A stretch of DNA of 64,000 nt from Iphione sp. A-MEVVRFRX5 (Eukaryota), in assembly GCA_976226885.1 (NCBI GenBank), contig OZ320314.1, positions 30,938,001-31,002,000 of the forward strand. Reading direction: 5' to 3'. Below, in pieces: positions 51,601 through 64,000 of this stretch. The translations under genes and the position numbers were made by a program. The notes below the pieces were generated by a model, which was not told the DNA's origin, searched no databases, and was given only the letters and a program-made list of their open reading frames with translations. Within the stretch, counting starts at the first letter, position 1. The number at the start of each line of letters is the position of its first letter.

Positions 51601-54600
51601 AAGGAAACTCATCTTCGTTCTCCCGGCCTGGCTCATTAGTGAGGTGCCCCATGTGTCATACTGGTATGGAGGTGGCAGTGCGACCTCGCTGTCACCAGCC
51701 TGTCACAGAGGGGCTGTGAGTAGTATATGAAAAATGTAACCCGACGCAGGCAATATCCGCTAGCCTTTGACAACTTCACTGGTCCGGCTGCTGGGACACG
51801 GCAGTATAATATACGATTTACATAATAATCACTTTTAAATGATTCCATCAATATGGTTATTTTTATGCTGCTGCGATACGAAAAAAAGACAGTGCACCAG
51901 TTGAGTCCTGAAATTTAGGTCATCTGGTAAAGTAACTATTCAAAAATAGCTTTGAAAATGAGTTTTCAGACAATTCATCCGTTGAGTACGTGACCCTGAG
52001 GTCAAGACAGACTTTCGTGTCTCTCACAATATAGCTGTGCGTACAATGTCAACAAATACAAACACAGTTCACATGGCATTCGTACATTACGTAGAGGGCA
52101 CTCACAAGGAAAACCACAGCTGGTTCCATCAGGATTCATAGCCACCCCTCGGAAGTACCCTGGTGGCGTCGTTCTGCCCCATCCAATTTGAAGCCTGCCC
52201 GCTTCCTCTGATATGGTAATGACAGTTCGCCATCTCCTGACTGAAGATTACGCCCTCGCTGCTCGTATGAGATTCCCGACAAACCCGAGCTTTTCTCTCT
52301 GTGTGTGTGGAACAAGACAAACATGGCCATGACCTGTGCCATCCGGTCTATGTCCCACGCTTCTCGTCCACAGCAGTTATCAGCATAAATCAAAACAGAA
52401 TACCTACATCATTAACTGACACAGGCTTATCTATGGACTGTCCATCTCCATTTTTTTATTTGCACACAGCTGGAATGAACTGGAAAGTCAAGTGCATTCG
52501 CTGGAAGCAGCCAAACGTGACTTCTGTTTCCAGGAAAACGAAAACAATAGTCGAAACATCTTTAGTGAAAAAGGGAGGGAACGCTACACGGGGCTTCTGA
52601 AAACGAAACTGAAACCAAAACCATGTGTGTCAAGCATCGATAGTTTTAGTGGAGATAATGGTTTGAGTTTTATGGTTTCTAAGAAAAATAATATTTAAAA
52701 AGTCAGGGATGGATAAAACAATACAGTTTAGTGTAAATCTAATAAATAAGACGTTGTACTGCCCTTCCAACACTATACAACTGCCATGTTAACAATTAAC
52801 GTAATGCCATTGATGGTGAAGGGTCAAAGAAAAACCCTCAAAATCATGATCTTTAAAAGTGGGCACGAATACTGACAGCACTTGACATTGTACTAGCATA
52901 AGTCACAATGACAAAACCATGTATACATATACCTTCCTCTCCGTATTATTGAATTCCGTTATCACCTTAAATATACGTTTCTCTGCTTTCATTTAGGGCA
53001 TTCATATACATTCATATGTATATCGTAATATGAATACTAATACTACTATCTTTACAGTACATTAGCTGCTGAGGTACTTAACAACTGACCAATCGATAAT
53101 CTATTTTGCTCTTCAAATCATTCTGGCATAATGATCATTTAAGGTAGAATTCAACAACTCATCTACATAGCCTCAAATTTACTGTAAATTGTCTCACGTT
53201 GTTAATACAAAACATTCTTCTTTTCTGATTTCTTTCCCCATGTCATACACAATTCTTGTTAAATGGCGATTGACAAATAACTGTTTCACAATAAATTTCT
53301 TTATAAAAAGGTCGTATCACTTTCACGATGTAACACAGCTAGAAAAGACTTCGCTGCTTTACATCTATATGTAGCTACCTCTACTCTAACTTAGGGCAAA
53401 ATAGATAAGTAGATATCGTTTGTTAGAAACAGTGATCCACAATACAAGTGAAAAGCATGGTATTACTAAGCGGTGGATGGCGGGTGCTTAATTGTTTCTT
53501 GATTCATAAATCTGATTGGGAGGGCACTGTTTGAAGCAATGAGATGAACTTGATTTTCAATGTCTATCATCATAGAGGACATGATATTATTAAGAAGAAT
53601 CGACAAAGACGGGCTTGCCGAATCACTTGCCAAGTTATGTTCATATTGTCGACTCTCACTAAGGAGACTATCTCTAGGACTAGAGAAAATCTCGTCCGTC
53701 TTGTGGTCTGACCAACCCTGTGGGCTCTTTTCATGTAGAAATTTAAGCTATTGGTTTTGTTAAAATCAGAACTTTCCCTCAGTCTGCTCTCATCTGCAAT
53801 CGGGCCTTTAAGTCAGAGCTGTCCGTGATTCATGGGTGAGGCATGTTCTAGATACAACACTTTGCCACAATAAACACCACGCACAGAGTAACCTCTGTAA
53901 TATGGACAGCAAAGGGCCTGACCATAAACTGTCCATGGAGTGGGGATGCCGATAATAGCAGGAGTATTTACACATGAATATATAGACTTGGTTCTGTCTC
54001 TAGCATGTCCATGATGTGGGATGTCCTGATTTGAGGGTTATCCAGAATGTGGGGTTTCCGCTGTAGTCTAATTCTCACTCAATAAAATTCAAGTAGAAGC
54101 AGGAGAAGAATGACAAGATGGCGATCAACCTCAATCTTTCCCATATAATTGCGATCAGGCGCAAACCGAAAATGACCAGCAATATCTGCATGACGGGATG
54201 GTGAAGAGAAGGTGACGAAAGCTGTGTCTCTCATTTTTAAATCGAACAATGGTGGCGGTCGTTAGAATCTATCGGCCAGGAGAAAGAGAACAGGAGAAAC
54301 TCTATAAGGTTTTAATCCGACATTTCAGTGTAACATGACAGAGTATCAACACATTATTTCCGAAATATAAGAAGGAAATTGAATAAGGCCGACTGCAATC
54401 TCGTGGAGCCGGTAGAAATATGCAAGGTTTCATGAGAAATGATGTACAAGTAGTGCTTGCGAGTAGAGCAACACCCATACACTTTGCACAAATGTGCATA
54501 TACATGTACTGAAATTCTACCCAAGTTATCCGATTTCTTCAACATTGCGAGGTACATATTGAGTAAGCCCCTAATGGTATTGCTGCTATATATTTGCACA

Positions 54601-55956
54601 CTGCCGTCTAATTCATTTCGATCTTACTTGAGCTGAGGCTGAAGTTTTCTTTGTGTTTTCAAGGCTGCAGGGAGTGTTTGTTTAAACAAGACTAGAATGT
54701 TTCTTCCATGCAATTTGGTTGCCATAAACACGCGTACAGGTTGCTCAAACATTGTCGCCGTATGTCAAGTGCCACCTGGGCTCTAGTGTCATGGGTATGA
54801 CAAACTTGTGTTGATGAAGGCGTCTCTGTGTGTATAACCCGTGTTGGAAGAATGTGTCTCTGTTTATTATATAATGATATCACAATTTCACATGCTAGTG
54901 CCATCAGCGCAATTTGTCAATCGTTAACGTTTACGAGCCATTTACCCCCAAGCAATGTACCCTCCATTGCCCTGTGTACGCACTGCAACAATACACCGTA
55001 ACGGAACACACGGAAACCAGCGAATCGTAACTGATTGTCTTACAAATATTGACTCCTGCGTCACCCGGCAATATGGCTTGTAGGAATCCGAGGCAATGAT
55101 CGATTCCCTCTTCAAATGATGGGACTACGCACTTTCTCAGGAAGCACGAACACACAAATTCAAACAGGGAAATGAACTCCCTAAGATAAATATAAAAACA
55201 AGTGCATGAGAATGCTGGGTCCTATTTTTCACTCCTTTTACCAGGACAATGCCAATCAAAGTCATATATTTCTTTGACGCGTTTTATGTATGAATTAGGA
55301 ATTCGCTCCTCCGTGCCATAAAATTTATTCTTATTTTAACGTGTACCTTCAGCCTATGTTGCACATAATGTTTAATGGATTAAGATGATGAAAGATACGA
55401 GTATTTAACCAAAATAATGTAACAAACGGAGAATATCATAATATAAAGGAAACAAAAGGAAAGGCAATAACAAAAACAAAACAAAAGAAAAGGCAATAAC
55501 AATTTTAGTAATGATTTGTTACTTACGTACTGTTCACACCAGTGATCATGCACGTGCTCTTGAACAGTTTGTATAAACCCCAAAGCATAGATTTCGGAGC
55601 TTAGGTTCAAGAGAGAAACCAAATGAAACAGAACCTGACAAAATTCGGATGAAATTTATAATACGCATTATAGTAACAAGATAACCGCTTTAGGCCCTTC
55701 TAGATATTGCACCGACATTGTCTATGCTTAATCCTATAGGCTTTGCCATTTAGCGTCAGTCTCCGTAACCTGTGGTCTTTTCATTCACCTTTCATTTCTC
55801 ATCTCATTCTTCTCAACCATTTACTACATTACATTTTCTGCATCAGCAATTGCCTTTTTGGCTGCCCTATCTTTAATGGGACACATCCTCTCTAGATACG
55901 TTATTGAAAATACCTCGGCGATATTTCCCTCTGTTTTCTTCTCCGCTTAGGAGTTA

Positions 55957-56571
55957 GGCCAGCTTTCCATGCATATGGAAAATATTCCGTATACGGGTAT
56001 CCAGGTAGTTTGACCACCAATATTTAATCCCTTTTTGCATGGACCCAGAGACCAGCTTTCCAAGCATACGGAAAGAGCACCCGTGTACAGTCAAGCGCGA
56101 AGTCACATGACCACATTTTATGGTCCACATGACCCATATTCATGTGCGATGGATTTTTACATTCTGCCATCTTGGTGTTTCCTCCATTCAGTGTGTTGAT
56201 CTCAATTCTTCTTGTTTTATAACTACAATGGCTTCAAATGAGGAGATCAGGCAATGATGGATGAGGTAAAGGAGCAGATAGATATTGATTGTGACAAAAC
56301 TAAAGTTGTTCAAGCTATAACAAATTGTGTCAAGAAGCGACAAAAGAGGCAGCACAGATACTGGGTAAAAGCCATCATCACAAGTCATCTTGAACTAGGG
56401 GCTTTCCATACTTTCAAGTATTCATCAAGCAGAACAAAGGCTTCAAGGGTTTCTTCTGATTGACAGTCCTCAAATTCAACTATGCCATACATCGGATCTC
56501 TCCATCGCTACAGAGGATGTCCCTGACGAGAGGCCATATCGTCAAGGGAAAGACTAGCCATCTTCCTCAGG
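55957..56571 (+). mobile_element. PIF/Harbinger transposon remnant (truncated, frameshifted transposase N-terminus)
   Basis: Three frames join to give ...RQHRYWVKAIITSHLELGAFHT / FKGFF*LTVLKFNYAIHRISPSLQR / AISSRERLAIFLR (56533-56571). This follows the Harbinger pattern RRxWV...GxFxxL...FRM...F..L...I.P.L.R...AI...ERLA.xLR. A possible left end, TTA|GGCCAGCTTTCCATGCATA, is at 55954-55975 with a second copy near 56050. No right end was found. Confidence 0.7.
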
Positions 56572-57487
56572 AGAATATTTTTGTTTATAACATCGCAGAC
56601 ATTTTATTGTCTGGTGTGATTTTGTGAGGTAGATGAGCCTTTGTACATGAAATATTGCAAGGTGTGGATTACCGAGGTCCAGCTGGTTTAGCAAGTTTTA
56701 TATCTAACGTGAAGCAAGGTAGAGAGATAGGGAGAAATTGGGAGATACAGAAAGAGGCAGAGAGAATGATTGCCTCCAGCCTGCTAAAGATGTCCTTAAT
56801 CCTTGAAAATATGAAGAAATTTTGCCGGGCTAAAAGTGTCTTTAATACAATCAAACTATAAATGTACCTGTTATTGGTTACGATATGTTACACACGTTTC
56901 CTATATAGGACATATAGAACTAAGAATAGCGCCGCGCCTTCAGTATGCTTACATACACATTAGCAAGTACTCTATTAAATCAAAACCCATCGGATTATAC
57001 AAAATTAATCACTTCCAAACCTTCTAAAGAATATTCATTGCTTTACATGTGATAGTTGCAGTTCTTATATTTTTCAAAATGATTTAGCTGTCAGGTTAAG
57101 CTAGAGGAAAGTTTAATCAAGGAGAATCATAATACCGAATATTGATAGTTGCAAATTAACTTGTTAATAAAATAGATAACATTATATGGTACATAATAAG
57201 ACCACGTAAACCACTGTCTATATTTTTAACACGATGAAAAGAGCATTCCTTTTAACTATAAGTATGTTCAATAAGGTCATCACTACTGTATTCCAATAAT
57301 ATAAACTTTAGCATTTTAGTGGTAATAATGTTGTGCATCTTCACTTCAAGGGCAGCATCCTCAACATCCCTTTCCCTCTTGTTTCCTCTTTGTTCTGCGA
57401 ACAACAATAATATATTCCTTGACTTATTTAATGGCCAGCCACCTTATGTAAACAAGGGTTGCCAGATGTCAGGTGGCATGCCTGATG

Positions 57488-57501
57488 GTTGCCATAGAAA
57501 C
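57488..57501. promoter_or_regulatory. RFX X-box motif
   Basis: GTTGCCATAGAAAC fits the X-box consensus GTNNCCATRGNAAC. Motif match only. Confidence 0.35.
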
Positions 57502-60500
57502 AGTGGCGGCGTAAGCAACAGGAGTAGGGTACTTTCCCGATGTACCTGTTCACCGGTCAGTCAAGCAATATCAGGTCTGGTAATGTGTCAGCTACCCTTT
57601 GGTTTATTCAGCTTGAATAATTCATTCACCCTCCATGCAAGTCAATCGCAGAATTTATATAAGATTGCTTCGACTTTATAATCACACAAGGATATTAAGC
57701 ACTTGTTTTGATTGAAGGAAATAATGAAAATGTTTAACGATTTGTTTTAATATTACATGTATTATATTTCCCCCCTGACTACGTTCCCTTTTCTATAGAT
57801 CTGTCTGACTATCTGTCTGTCTGACTTCTGTCTGTCTTGGTCTCTTCCAGCTTTCTCTGACCATTTGAATTCTCCGCGGCTCACCTCGTCACTTTGTTCT
57901 CACAAATAGGTGATGCCATAGTCGCATGTGCTGCAACTATTACCCGTGATATAATGTCAGGAGTTGTTACGCAGTGATAGGAATGGAAACTATGTTTCTA
58001 TCGGCACAGGCTGACAGCGTCTAATGCAACATAAAAGCTTTCGGCAGGGTCAGTCGGGGGTAATTGCCTGTTGGCAGGGTGAAAATAGTTTAACAGTTTT
58101 CCGCTAGGGGTTACTGAGGTATGAGATTCGTTGTAAGGAGGAAGAGCCACCTGGCGGACATCCATGGCACTAAAGAGACTATGCCATTTTTGGGCTTTCA
58201 TGTATCTTAGTAATGAGTATTCGGCGTGGAAAAGCAATCTCGTTAATTTAAAAAAAAAAACGCCTGATTGCGAAGGCTGCGTTATGCGATATGACAGTTT
58301 AATTGTCTCACTCTTTACCTTTTCCATCTAAGCGTAGCTTGGCACGTATCACTACCCGATTTCAACGGCTTGGTTACATTTAATCACCATCACAAGAAAC
58401 TCTTTCAGCAGCATTATACGCAAAGGCAAGAAAAGTCTGCAAAGCATTATTTGTATCATCTCTTACTTCCCCTTTTCACTGAGTACATCTGAGCATTATT
58501 TAGAGGAGTCGGTGGTTTTCCCAGTGTGTACACTATTTACTGGTAGATTCCCTGGTTACACGTGTTTGGCATGTAAGCAGTCATGCATATTCTTTGACTA
58601 ACTTGTCCCTTGTTCTGAAATGTCCTTGTTTTACTCCTTTTTGTTACCATAGTCGACAGGTTCTCAATGAGACTTATGTTAAGGGCTAAGTACTGCGGAG
58701 TTTAAAGAGAGGATGAGAACCTCTTTCAGCTGTTTGTTTCAACGTTTATTCCACATTTTTGTTAGCGTGAATGATGTCTATACCAACAATTTGGTATAGA
58801 TCGGATGAACCAAACTGACGATACGCTTTACACCTAAAAGGGTAATGCATAATCTATAAATCATAGTCAATCTTTTTTTTATCTTTAGAGTGACTGATAA
58901 AGGCCCAAGATTCAGTCTGGTGAGTATCACCCTATACAACACCCTTTGTGGGTGCCTGCATTCGAGCATAATAGAGCCATCTGGCGCGTCGTAAAAGCAT
59001 AACAGGTACTCTCATCAGTGAGTGTTGTCTGATCCATAACCTGTACGGATAACTCAAGAAATCCATTGATATTGTAGCTATATCGATATCACTGCGGACC
59101 AGTAGGCGAGGCTTTTTGCTTCCTGAGTAATGGAGTTCAGGCAGCTCTGTAAAATTAATCATATCAGTAATATGGACCTATTGATTCTCTGGCAAGGGGA
59201 GAAAATCGATATCTTCGCCAATGTTCCTGCCGTTAAAGGCATAAATCCCCCCTAAAATTGTCAGTGTTGTTTTTCCTATTCTTGCTCTATCACTCTTTGT
59301 AAAATATTTACGCCACATTTATTTGGAAGCTACGCACAAATTCAATACACTACAATTTTCTAAATGTCGTTGGAAGGCGATGTTGCTGCCACTCTGGAAA
59401 TTTATTATGCAGGCATAATAGAAAAGTGCTGTTACTTCCTCGCCCCTTTCCATTTTATTAAATAGATAGCAATGGTATACATTTGAGAAATGAGAGTTGT
59501 AAATAAGCAAAAGGAAAATGATATTATGTGAAATCTATAACGCCAAAACGATTTGTATTTTATTACCGATTACCGATATATAAGTATATTTGCCATTGAA
59601 TTATTCTCTTTTAATGTATTGTTAAATGAACTGAATTATTTCCTCGTCTGAAAGATAACATTGGAAGATTCCCAGTATCAGTTCAAACCGTATTTCTTGA
59701 GACTAAAAGCTAAGCTTATGGTGGTATTGTCGTCCTCGAAATAAAACCCCTAGCCCTTTCCATTTGAGCTGCTTCAAAGGTTATGGTCCACGTGGGGTAT
59801 GTCACCAAGAGACGTTCAGATCAGAGTGGATTTCTCCCTTCTTCGCTTATGGATGGCAGACCTTTCAGACCATCCGTCACTATTTGCGCATGATTTCTTT
59901 TGCTATGTCAACGCGGCACCATACCATCCATCATCACCTGATGAAGGTAGTAAAGATGGTATGCACTGCCAGGAAGGTCAGATTCTGAGGTGACGAATAC
60001 CAAAGTATCCACAGCGTGGCATTTTCCTTTGACCCTTTCTTAAACAGTCAGGGGGGTCCATGCTTCCTTTTTCTGATTACTTATGCAAAAATAATTCATA
60101 CTATTAAAAATACATGTTTAGTTAGTAAAATTAAATAAAGAACACGATGAAAATGATACATTTAATGGCAATCATAGTTAAAAACAGAATGCAGGTATAG
60201 AAATGTAACATTTCGAAGGTGATTTTTTGGTCAATTTTTCCATAAAATCACTGTCATACATGATAATTATATAAAAATTAGAAGGAAATTGGTTCTAATA
60301 GGTTTTATGGTATGTAGTTAACAAAGTAAGACACTTTTATCATGTATTTTAATTTATTACCGGAGCCATGCACGTATCCATAAAAAGAGAGGTTTGAAAG
60401 TAATTCTTCAGTATGAGTCCCCCATTCGTTTTTGATAGCAAACTCAGTTTGAAAACAGTTTAACTGGCATTAGTTTTTGCCGGTTTCAGATAAATACTAC

Positions 60501-63500
60501 AGTGTAGCTGTAACGCATGTATAGATAGTGGACCTAAAATGGAGCATAAGGTAAAATTCGTGTGTTCTTTTGTTTCTATTTTCAGGGAATATCCCACGAC
60601 GCAGCTTGCGCAATAACACTGGAGTATTATTGCCCCAGACTAGCCGCGTACGAAAGAACTGCAATGCTAATTTGAACATTTAATCGAACAGTAGAATAGA
60701 ATGCAGCACGAAATGCAGTACGATATTGTCCATCCTCCTATATTTTACTACCACTAAATTTCTCTCTTTTCGTTTGTGGTCGAGCTATGCATTGACCGGG
60801 ACGTTGCTTTTAGCTTTGTTTCAACGGAAATTATCCGTGAAAGGGTTAGTGCACCTGATGACAGCACGACTAACAAAACAAAGGTTTTGTACCAGTCTAT
60901 CATTCCACTCCTACCAGAAAGAATGAGAAAAAAGGTGAATTGTATTTTTCCACAACTCATACACAAAGCAATCTTTCTATGGGCAACATAACCAGGCTCT
61001 GGCGAATTGAATACAGAATCATATTAAAGCAAATAATATCAAAAGTGCATTCGAAGTAAAAATGCATATGTTCATTGTCAACAGTATTTTGATCACAGAA
61101 ACTGAAAGCCAACATGTAGAAATCAACTATATTATCCACGAACGGTTACGTTTCCTATGAGTTCACAGGTCAAAGATTTATTTCATTCTTCATAGCCGTT
61201 AACAAAGCATCTTCTTGACTAGACTGATTAGCGTCATTTCTGCGGGGTCCGAGATCAAGCCGCCAGCAAGGAGCAGTTCCATCTTACGCCGCGAGAGGGC
61301 CTCCCGCAGAACAATGGAGACGCCTGCCTTAAATGTGACCTTGGTCTAACTGAAAGTGCCTTATTTATGAGTGTCGAATGACTCAGGAGGAAAGGTGAGC
61401 TGCATGGTGCCGAAACGAAGGAAAACCCGACGGGATCCCCTAACTAAGCTACTTTACAGTTCAATATCAGTACCTGATAACATCATATTTTACTCTGTCA
61501 ACGAAAGCAGCCGACAGTCGTCCAAAGATTAGAGACAGTCGGGAAAATGTAGGTATTTCGACGGAAAATTCTTAGGGAGATGGCCATTCGATTAATGTGT
61601 CTTACCTCTGTTTACCTTCGTTCTTGCATTAAGATGAGTAGCTCACACTTACCTGAAAAACAAACAAAAAGGAAATTGAAAAGTTGCTGCAGAACACATT
61701 GTTAACCAATACTTTCTAAAGCTTTACGATTTCAGCTGAGTGTTAAACGAAACCTTCCCTCAAGAAACAATCAAACACGTGTGCAATCTGCAAAGACGAC
61801 AATTCGTTAATCTGATCGGATATTTGGCCTGTCTCCTAAATGGGCTGTCGACAGCCAAACCTTAAAGCCATAGTTGTCAGGTCAGCTGGATGCGGCACAG
61901 CTGTCTTGAAAGTGTCTCCCAGTGTGACAACGTGTTCTTAAGGTCATTTTCATAATGGTTCATTTGAAAATGGTACCCTCTCAATCCCTTTAAAAAAACA
62001 GTTTCAGAGCAGAATAATTTTAGGATATAAACAATGTTCCTGTACGCTTCATAAGGAAAAAAAATCACACACAAAATAGATGATACAAAATTTGTGCACA
62101 ACGAGGAGATTAAAAGGGGTTATAAGGAATAAGAAGAGGAGAGGCCTTGTCAGCACCATCAGGAAATATCGTTGGCTCTTACACACAGGCTGAATGGGAA
62201 TTTTAATGTATATATATGAATGAGCAAGTTAAACAAAACCCAACAGTGCGGTAAAACAATTACAGTCATTGACGCTATATATTAATCTTCAATTTAGCAG
62301 GTGGTGGGTGAACAATAACATGTCGACTCAGAGACATTACACAATAATTTATTGCATATCTCAGCTGTGAAGATCCAAAACCAGCGGAGGACAACACCAA
62401 AATCTCTGCGCGTCTTCTTAATTAATATCATTTGCATTAGGCCTACTAAACTATATCCGCTTTTCATAAACCCTACTAACCCTGACCTTCCTGGTAATGA
62501 AACTTTTGCTTTTTTGTTTTGTGAGTAAAATCTTCAGAATAAATAATGCTACAGACCCATAAAATACACTTTCCTTTAAATAAAGCCTAAAGAGGGAACA
62601 CATGAACAGACATAACCTATCATCACCATGTAAGGCGCTGTTCACATGCATCCTGACAAAAAATAAGTCCCCGCATGTGGGTCTGGAGTTACCACCCACA
62701 GTGTTCAGTAGTTAATTGCTTCCATATGGTCTACAGATGTCTGTTTACTATTGCATTCTATGGAATGCGCATGCAGATCCAGAGAATATCCATGCCACAC
62801 AGTTTGAAATCCAGATCCACATGCGGATGCAGACAAATCCGCCTATATCTGAATGCTACAAGAGATCAGAATGGGTGTAAAAATGTCTGCACCTGTCTCC
62901 GGAGGTGGAGCAGAAAAATCAGGATGCATGTGAACACCACCTAAGGAAGGCAAATTGAAACCTTCAATAATCCAACTATCTTGTGGAGGCCGATCCCAGA
63001 ACATCAAGATCAGTGGCAAACGTAGTTACAATAGTGTCCTGGACACAGTATTACGAGTGTCTTCACCCAAACTGCCAAAATCGAAAATAGGTACATGGAT
63101 ATGGGAAAATTGAATATTTTGCAGTGGACTTAAACGTGTACTGGCTGAGAAAAAACAGTTAAACCATACCGTGACGAAGTGCAGATTGTATGAAATCCAC
63201 GGCCAATATGTAGGATCCCATGAATTACACGCACCTGATTGTTCTATTATAAAATAAATGCTTATAAAGGCATTTTATGTGCATCTACCTCTGTGTTTCT
63301 AAATAACACACATAATTATATGAACCTCCTTATATTCCATGATAAAATCTTTCATCAAACTATGGAATAAAGGGACTCCAAAGTTGAATAAATATTGCCC
63401 GAATGGTCTGATGGCTGATATGATGAGGTGCCTCCACGTAACCTTGGAAACTGAGGTTTGAGCACGTGGCCGTGTCTATGGGGAGTCTGCGTCCCATCCA

Positions 63501-64000
63501 TAGGCGGTTATTGACAGAGGGTGTCATCTAACAATAAACGAGCCCAGTTGAAAGAGAAATTCGTGTAGACGAAGGGTCTGTGTTCAAGCCTTTTTAAATC
63601 GAGGGCTCGTTCCTGGCTTGACGTCAGCGAATGAAGCACTCTCTACAATGGCTTGTATAAAAGCCAGTGCCGTTACCGTATACGAAGTGAAAGGACACTT
63701 AACTCGAGCTTATCCCCACTTATGTCTTTATAAATACAATGTGTCACATAAACAAACTGTTCATATCAAGTGCATTGGTTTACCATTTGTAATCTTCCGT
63801 GCAATTAATACAAACATGCCACCTTTCATAAATCAGTACTTCTAAGACCAAACACATGTTTGGTATCAGCGCAGTATTCATTATTTCCCCCTTTCTGGTT
63901 ATTCTGATATTGGAATCACTTGTGTTATGTAGCCTAAAACCACATCATTATTTACATGTATTTTTATATTATTCATGGTATATAATATTTCACTCTTCTG

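Noticed and set aside
55730-55900. KWQSL*D, possibly the Myb/SANT-like partner ORF of the Harbinger element
   Set aside because: It has multiple stops, very short similarity, and lies outside the candidate left TIR.
61861-62000. TTAA|AGCCATAG start suggestive of a Kolobok-type element
   Set aside because: No matching right terminus was found.
1-64000. tRNA, rRNA, CRISPR arrays and prokaryotic defence or operon systems
   Set aside because: None seen. The 29-bp and 31-bp repeats are head-to-tail without unique spacers, and the gene structure is spliceosomal.

Overview
AT-rich, intron-dominated animal genomic DNA with many microsatellites and decayed transposons. It is not prokaryotic: no operons, rRNA, tRNA or CRISPR arrays were seen, and almost every ORF in the supplied track looks like noise. 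The one well-supported gene is a minus-strand stomatin/MEC-2-like (band-7/SPFH) gene, of which only the 5' half is in the window. Its exons are the hairpin-membrane exon (4005-4114), the VVQEYERAVIFRLGR exon (3634-3706), and two paralogous 83-nt copies of the next exon (1194-1276 and 44-126). A likely first coding exon lies in a CpG island 44 kb upstream (48352-48412). The best signal is the duplicated 83-nt exon. Both copies have intact splice sites, differ mostly at synonymous positions, and give a premature stop if spliced together, which is the pattern expected of mutually exclusive exons. A perfect 14-bp inverted repeat in the intron between them is a candidate RNA pairing element. The rest of the window holds MITE/foldback elements, a Harbinger transposase remnant, weak Gypsy and LINE traces, tandem repeats, and several CpG/CTCF-like patches that could be alternative promoters. 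All calls are by eye without alignment or database searches, so novelty is untested.
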